Shown here piece after piece: positions 60,003 to 64,000 of a DNA stretch of 64,000 nucleotides. Origin of the DNA: Chlorokybus atmophyticus (lineage: Eukaryota > Plantae > Mesostigma and Chlorokybus algae); assembly GCA_009103225.1 (NCBI GenBank), contig RHPI01002069.1, forward strand, positions 2,070,846-2,134,845, written 5' to 3'. Both the position numbers and the translations under genes were made by a program. The notes below the pieces were generated by a model. That model saw nothing but the letters and a program-made list of their open reading frames with translations. It searched no databases and had not been told where the DNA came from. Positions within the stretch are counted from its first letter, which is position 1. Each line of letters opens with the position of its first letter.

Positions 60003-61782
60003 AATGCACGCCAGACAGCCAAGGCTTTCAAAGAGCAGCACTCCGTGCATGTCGAGGAGGTTATGGTCAAATCATCAGCATTCGCGAAAATGAGCGGCTT
60101 TTCGCGTAACCAGGTAATGTGGTTTGGCAACAGAATGCACTGTGGTTGGCGACGGGCGCGGGTGCCGGGAGCTGACTGCTACTCTCGCCTTGCCCCTGAC
60201 GCAATGCATGTGCTGGGAGGCATCATTGACAACCTGCTTGCTGCTGTATACGACATCGCAAAGGAACGCATGCATCCATCCACAAGACAGATTTTGCAGG
60301 CAAGGCACGTTTGTGGTGTTGCTTTTGTGTTGAACTCAAAAGCCAACGACACGTGCTCACAAGCAGATGTGCACAGGCTGAATGCATGCAAGGCGACTAT
60401 ATGGGTTTCGCGCTTCAAGGCACCCACAAGCACAGTAGATTTCATCATGTTTGACCACTCCTTTCAGGTGGTGGAGAAAGTGGCGATGCTGCAGCTGCTG
60501 CCGGTCCTTATAGACGGTTTGCTGCTCGACAGTGAGGGCAACGATTTCTTCACCATTGATGCCGCATCGCTTGCCCAGTGGAACAAGAAGTTACTGAAGG
60601 CGCATAAACACACAAGAGAGACCACAGCCGACAATGAGCTAGCTGCCTTCAAAGCTGTAGTATTGCATCCGCTATTGTCGCCATATTTTACACAGAAGTC
60701 AGGTTGAAAGATCGAGAATATGCATCAGCTCACTCATTGTGGGTCGAAAATTGTCAGCAGTGGACACTTAAATTGGTTCAGCCGCCAACCGCATGGAGTG
60801 GAGGCACGCCCAAAATATCATACAGTGGGCGCGTGGTGGCAACAACCGGGACTACCAGGCGCGCATCTTGAAGTCATGGAGCTGTGGAATATATGAGACA
60901 TGATGGCATGGTCGTGGATCTCGAAATGCGCTCGATCATCGCGGGCGCGGCTGCAGTTTTGTATTGTAACGGAGAAGACGGACAAGTTGCTATGGATGGA
61001 TGCGCTGACAATGAGGTAGTCTAGCCCGAACTAGAGCGGTTCTGCGCGTAGCTGCCAAGTCGCCCTGAAGACTCCATTTGCCGACAAGCTGCCTGCCACC
61101 TTGAACAGCTGGTTGAGGAGGCAACAACTGGAGTTGGCCGACGGGTGGCGTGCTGTTCGCGTGGTGAACGGAGGCGCAGCAGTGTACATGACATCAGAAG
61201 TCAGCATGGCGCGCAACTGGGATGTTCCATGGGCGGCCTTGGTTCTCTACACTTGAGTTGGAAGGTGATGAGGACGGTGTGAACGTGGTGGGCGAAGGCA
61301 CTCCTTTTTTTGCGCGTGGTTGTGTGGGGTGGTAGCGGCGAGCTCATGTGGAAGGAGGTCATGTTTGTCCGCTGGTACACGGAGCTGAATGTGACGAGCG
61401 ACACAAAGTGCATCGCCCTAGAATGGGGAAAGCGTCGAGGGGGTCCACATCTTGATGTCGTGACTTTGGAGCAAGTAAAAGGCAATGTCCAGCTGCTCCC
61501 CATGTTTAACAAGAACAGCGCCCATGTACAAGAGGGCACACATTGGGTGAACGCTCACTGCACTGCCACGTGCCTGATTACTTGTCTCACTACTCCAAGT
61601 TTGGAGCATATCAGTCAGTTAGGCATTATTAATCGTATGCTAAGACTTTTGCATGTGAATGTGTACAATACCGGGCAGCTGTTACTGCACAACTGTGACC
61701 ACAATCGAATGTTGAATGCAACATTCGATTGTTCAACAATCAGTTAGCTATGTGGCATTAAGCCTCAATACAGTGCACCACA

Positions 61783-62940
61783 CTCGAGCCTTATAATTCC
61801 ATAACACAGCAGGGTAGTCACAGTGCATATCCATTGTTTCAAACATGAGATGCCCTATGCACGCCCCTATTGCGGGAGGGAACTGCATTCGCTATATCAA
61901 TGGCCGGGGTCGGGTCTGGCACCGCCACCGCCGCAGAATAGGTCGAGTGCCCTTGGTTTGCGTGTGCGTCCATGCTTGTTGTCAAATGGCGTGTATATGT
62001 GGTCAGGGCTGGCCGTGGTGCTGGCTAAACGACTAACAATGATGCCGTCCGGACTTACTTTGCGAGTTACATTCCTCCGGCGCGCAGATTATGGCGTGCC
62101 CCGTTAGCTGAAGTGTATGCGAATATGTTGTGCCCTTTGAAGTTGATGGTTTATGGTCGATCACGGTCATAGAATACTGTACGGTGCTGCCCTGCAAAGC
62201 CACTTTTCATTGCTCCATGCATATATGATGCATCAATCTCGCACGCCAAGAAGCGATGCTGACCTGACGCTTGCTTGAATCACTCCACAACGCCCGCGTA
62301 ACATTCCCCATCCAGCGGCCATTGCACCACGACACTCACACCGATCAGCTGCTCGCATCCCAGCTTAACTGCGTTCCGTAGCCGATGCAGTGCGCTGTTT
62401 AGTGGTCAATTGTCTGCCTCCTCTACAGCGACCATGGGGTCGAACTGCCCACGCCCACACCGCAAAAAACTGCTATGCATGCGACAGCAGCTTCAACATG
62501 CATGAAATAAGCATACGCCCAACATAACATGCAATGATACGTCGCTGTCCACTCTACTGAATTACCTCCACAGCATCCACCACCTGTCCACTTACCACAT
62601 GTCCCGGTGTTCATGTGAAGAAGCGCATGGGTTCCCCTCGCCCCTCAAAGCATGAGCGCAAGCACGATTTGCACATGCACTCCACGCAATGGAAAAACTC
62701 GGGTTCCTTGCACAGCACTTTGCCAAGGCGGCAGCCAAACACGTCGACATTGTGTGTGGTGTGATGCCAGCAAGCAGCACTAAAACCCTGGAACACTATT
62801 TGCACTTGCTGGCATTCGGTAAAATGTGCTTGCATTTGCTGCTTACGGCCATTGCACATATGTACGCATTGCAATTGTGGGCACATCAAACATGGACTCC
62901 TAGGTGAGGGGATTCAACTGCTGCCGCCGATATCATGCAG
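61783..62940 (-). pseudogene. copy B of cargo gene 3 (finger-Tudor-MTase) with the MTase core deleted
   Basis: Finger and Tudor exons are retained. KHGRTRKPRALDLFCGGGGA is joined directly to the motif X region. Confidence 0.85.
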
Positions 62941-63319
62941 GATATGAATCGGCATGGTTGCCCACTAATTGAGCGAGACTTTAGGGTATGGGCATCAATT
63001 TTGGGTTGCCAACTTACGAACTCAAAATGGGTCACACTTCAAGTGAAGCACAATTATACCATGGACGCTATTGCAGTACCATGCATGGTACTACATCAAC
63101 ATGAATGGTACTCCATCTGCTAATGGTACTACAGCACAAGGATACTCGCATACTACCACGATCGTAGAGTAATACGATCGTGGTAGTATGCTGTCATTCC
63201 ATGGAACCCAGAGCGCTGTCCGAGATTGTTGCTGTCAACCACGTTGGAACCAGCAACGTATGCAAGCCATGCACTGACTGATGCACTGACTACGACGCAC
63301 TGACTACGACGCACTGACT

Positions 63320-64000
63320 ACTGCAACAGGGCGTCTCCCCATCCGTGCGGNNNNNNNNNNNNNNNNNNNNNNNNNNNNNNNNNNNNNNNNNNNNNNNNNN
63401 NNNNNNNNNNNNNNNNNNNNNNNNNNNNNNNNNNNNNNNNNNNNNNNNNNNNNNNNNNNNNNNNNNNNNNNNNNNNNNNNNNNNNNNNNNNNNNNNNNNN
63501 NNNNNNNNNNNNNNNNNNNNNNNNNNNNNNNNNNNNNNNNNNNNNNNNNNNNNNNNNNNNNNNNNNNNNNNNNNNNNNNNNNNNNNNNNNNNNNNNNNNN
63601 NNNNNNNNNNNNNNNNNNNNNNNNNNNNNNNNNNNNNNNNNNNNNNNNNNNNNNNNNNNNNNNNNNNNNNNNNNNNNNNNNNNNNNNNNNNNNNNNNNNN
63701 NNNNNNNNNNNNNNNNGGGGGGGGGGCTCTTCAATGTGACAATTTAGCACGCATGATGCACGCGGGTGTGCAAGCTGCCTCTGCCACCAAACTTTGTTAT
63801 CATAGCGGTCCACTACCTGCTCGATCACCTGCCGCCCATATGCCGCCATACACCTCCTGCTGGTCTTGGTGGTCTCGTTCAGCATGCGCTCATCCAGGCC
63901 CTTGACATGGCTGTTGTCACTTGTGTACTCGCCCCCATCGTCATTTTCGTAAAACTTCCACAAAATTAGCTCTACGTGCCGTATGACATACAGCCATTGT
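63320..64000 (-). pseudogene. copy B of the 3' part of cargo gene 2, RING C-terminal half deleted; contains an N gap
   Basis: WKFYENDDGGEYTSDNSHVKGLDERML...CVLNCHIEEPPP is homologous to 34250-34560. Confidence 0.75.

Larger units (their letters stand above)
57640..61575 (+). pseudogene. copy B Plavaka-type transposase, disrupted by a solo LTR, a foreign integrase fragment, stops and frameshifts
   Basis: HPSTGDWWKDV, PAILYSDKT, SGYPL, PDAMHVLGG, MHQLTH, VMFVRWY. Confidence 0.85.
55913..64000 (+). mobile_element. Plavaka/CMC-like DNA transposon, copy B, inverted relative to copy A; runs off the right edge
   Basis: Reverse complement of 47060 to 34200 without copia-2, roughly 85-92% identical by eye. 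Begins CACGGTGACTG; weak similarity extends out to ~55892. Confidence 0.88.

Noticed and set aside
28566-64000. A-genes-B as a composite macrotransposon able to mobilise the SRS gene
   Set aside because: Both transposases are dead, outer termini and TSDs are not visible, and the two inner ends are the same end type; nothing in the sequence supports joint mobility.

Overview
Eukaryotic nuclear DNA, most likely from a streptophyte (charophyte-grade) green alga. This is inferred from an SHI/STY (SRS) gene, a plant-type double B-box gene, a UBP23-like gene and short GT-AG introns in GC-rich DNA; the species cannot be determined. Five intact-looking spliced host genes (CstF-64, UBP23-like, BBX, a small conserved plant-type gene, SRS) sit among transposons. 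These are a Ty3/gypsy element with a cytosine methyltransferase inside pol, two related Ty1/copia elements nested in other elements, a TA-flanked MITE, and two inverted copies of a large (~13.5 kb without its copia insert) Plavaka/CMC-like DNA transposon. The main find is the cargo of that DNA transposon. It carries a Cys-rich finger + Tudor + prokaryote/phage-like C5 DNA methyltransferase gene, a zinc finger + OTU-like protease + RING-like gene and two unknown spliced genes. GTACCAT/ATGGTAC palindromes lie in each putative promoter region. Both copies are pseudogenised here. All alignments, counts and domain calls were made by eye, without database searches. No rRNA, tRNA or CRISPR array was seen.
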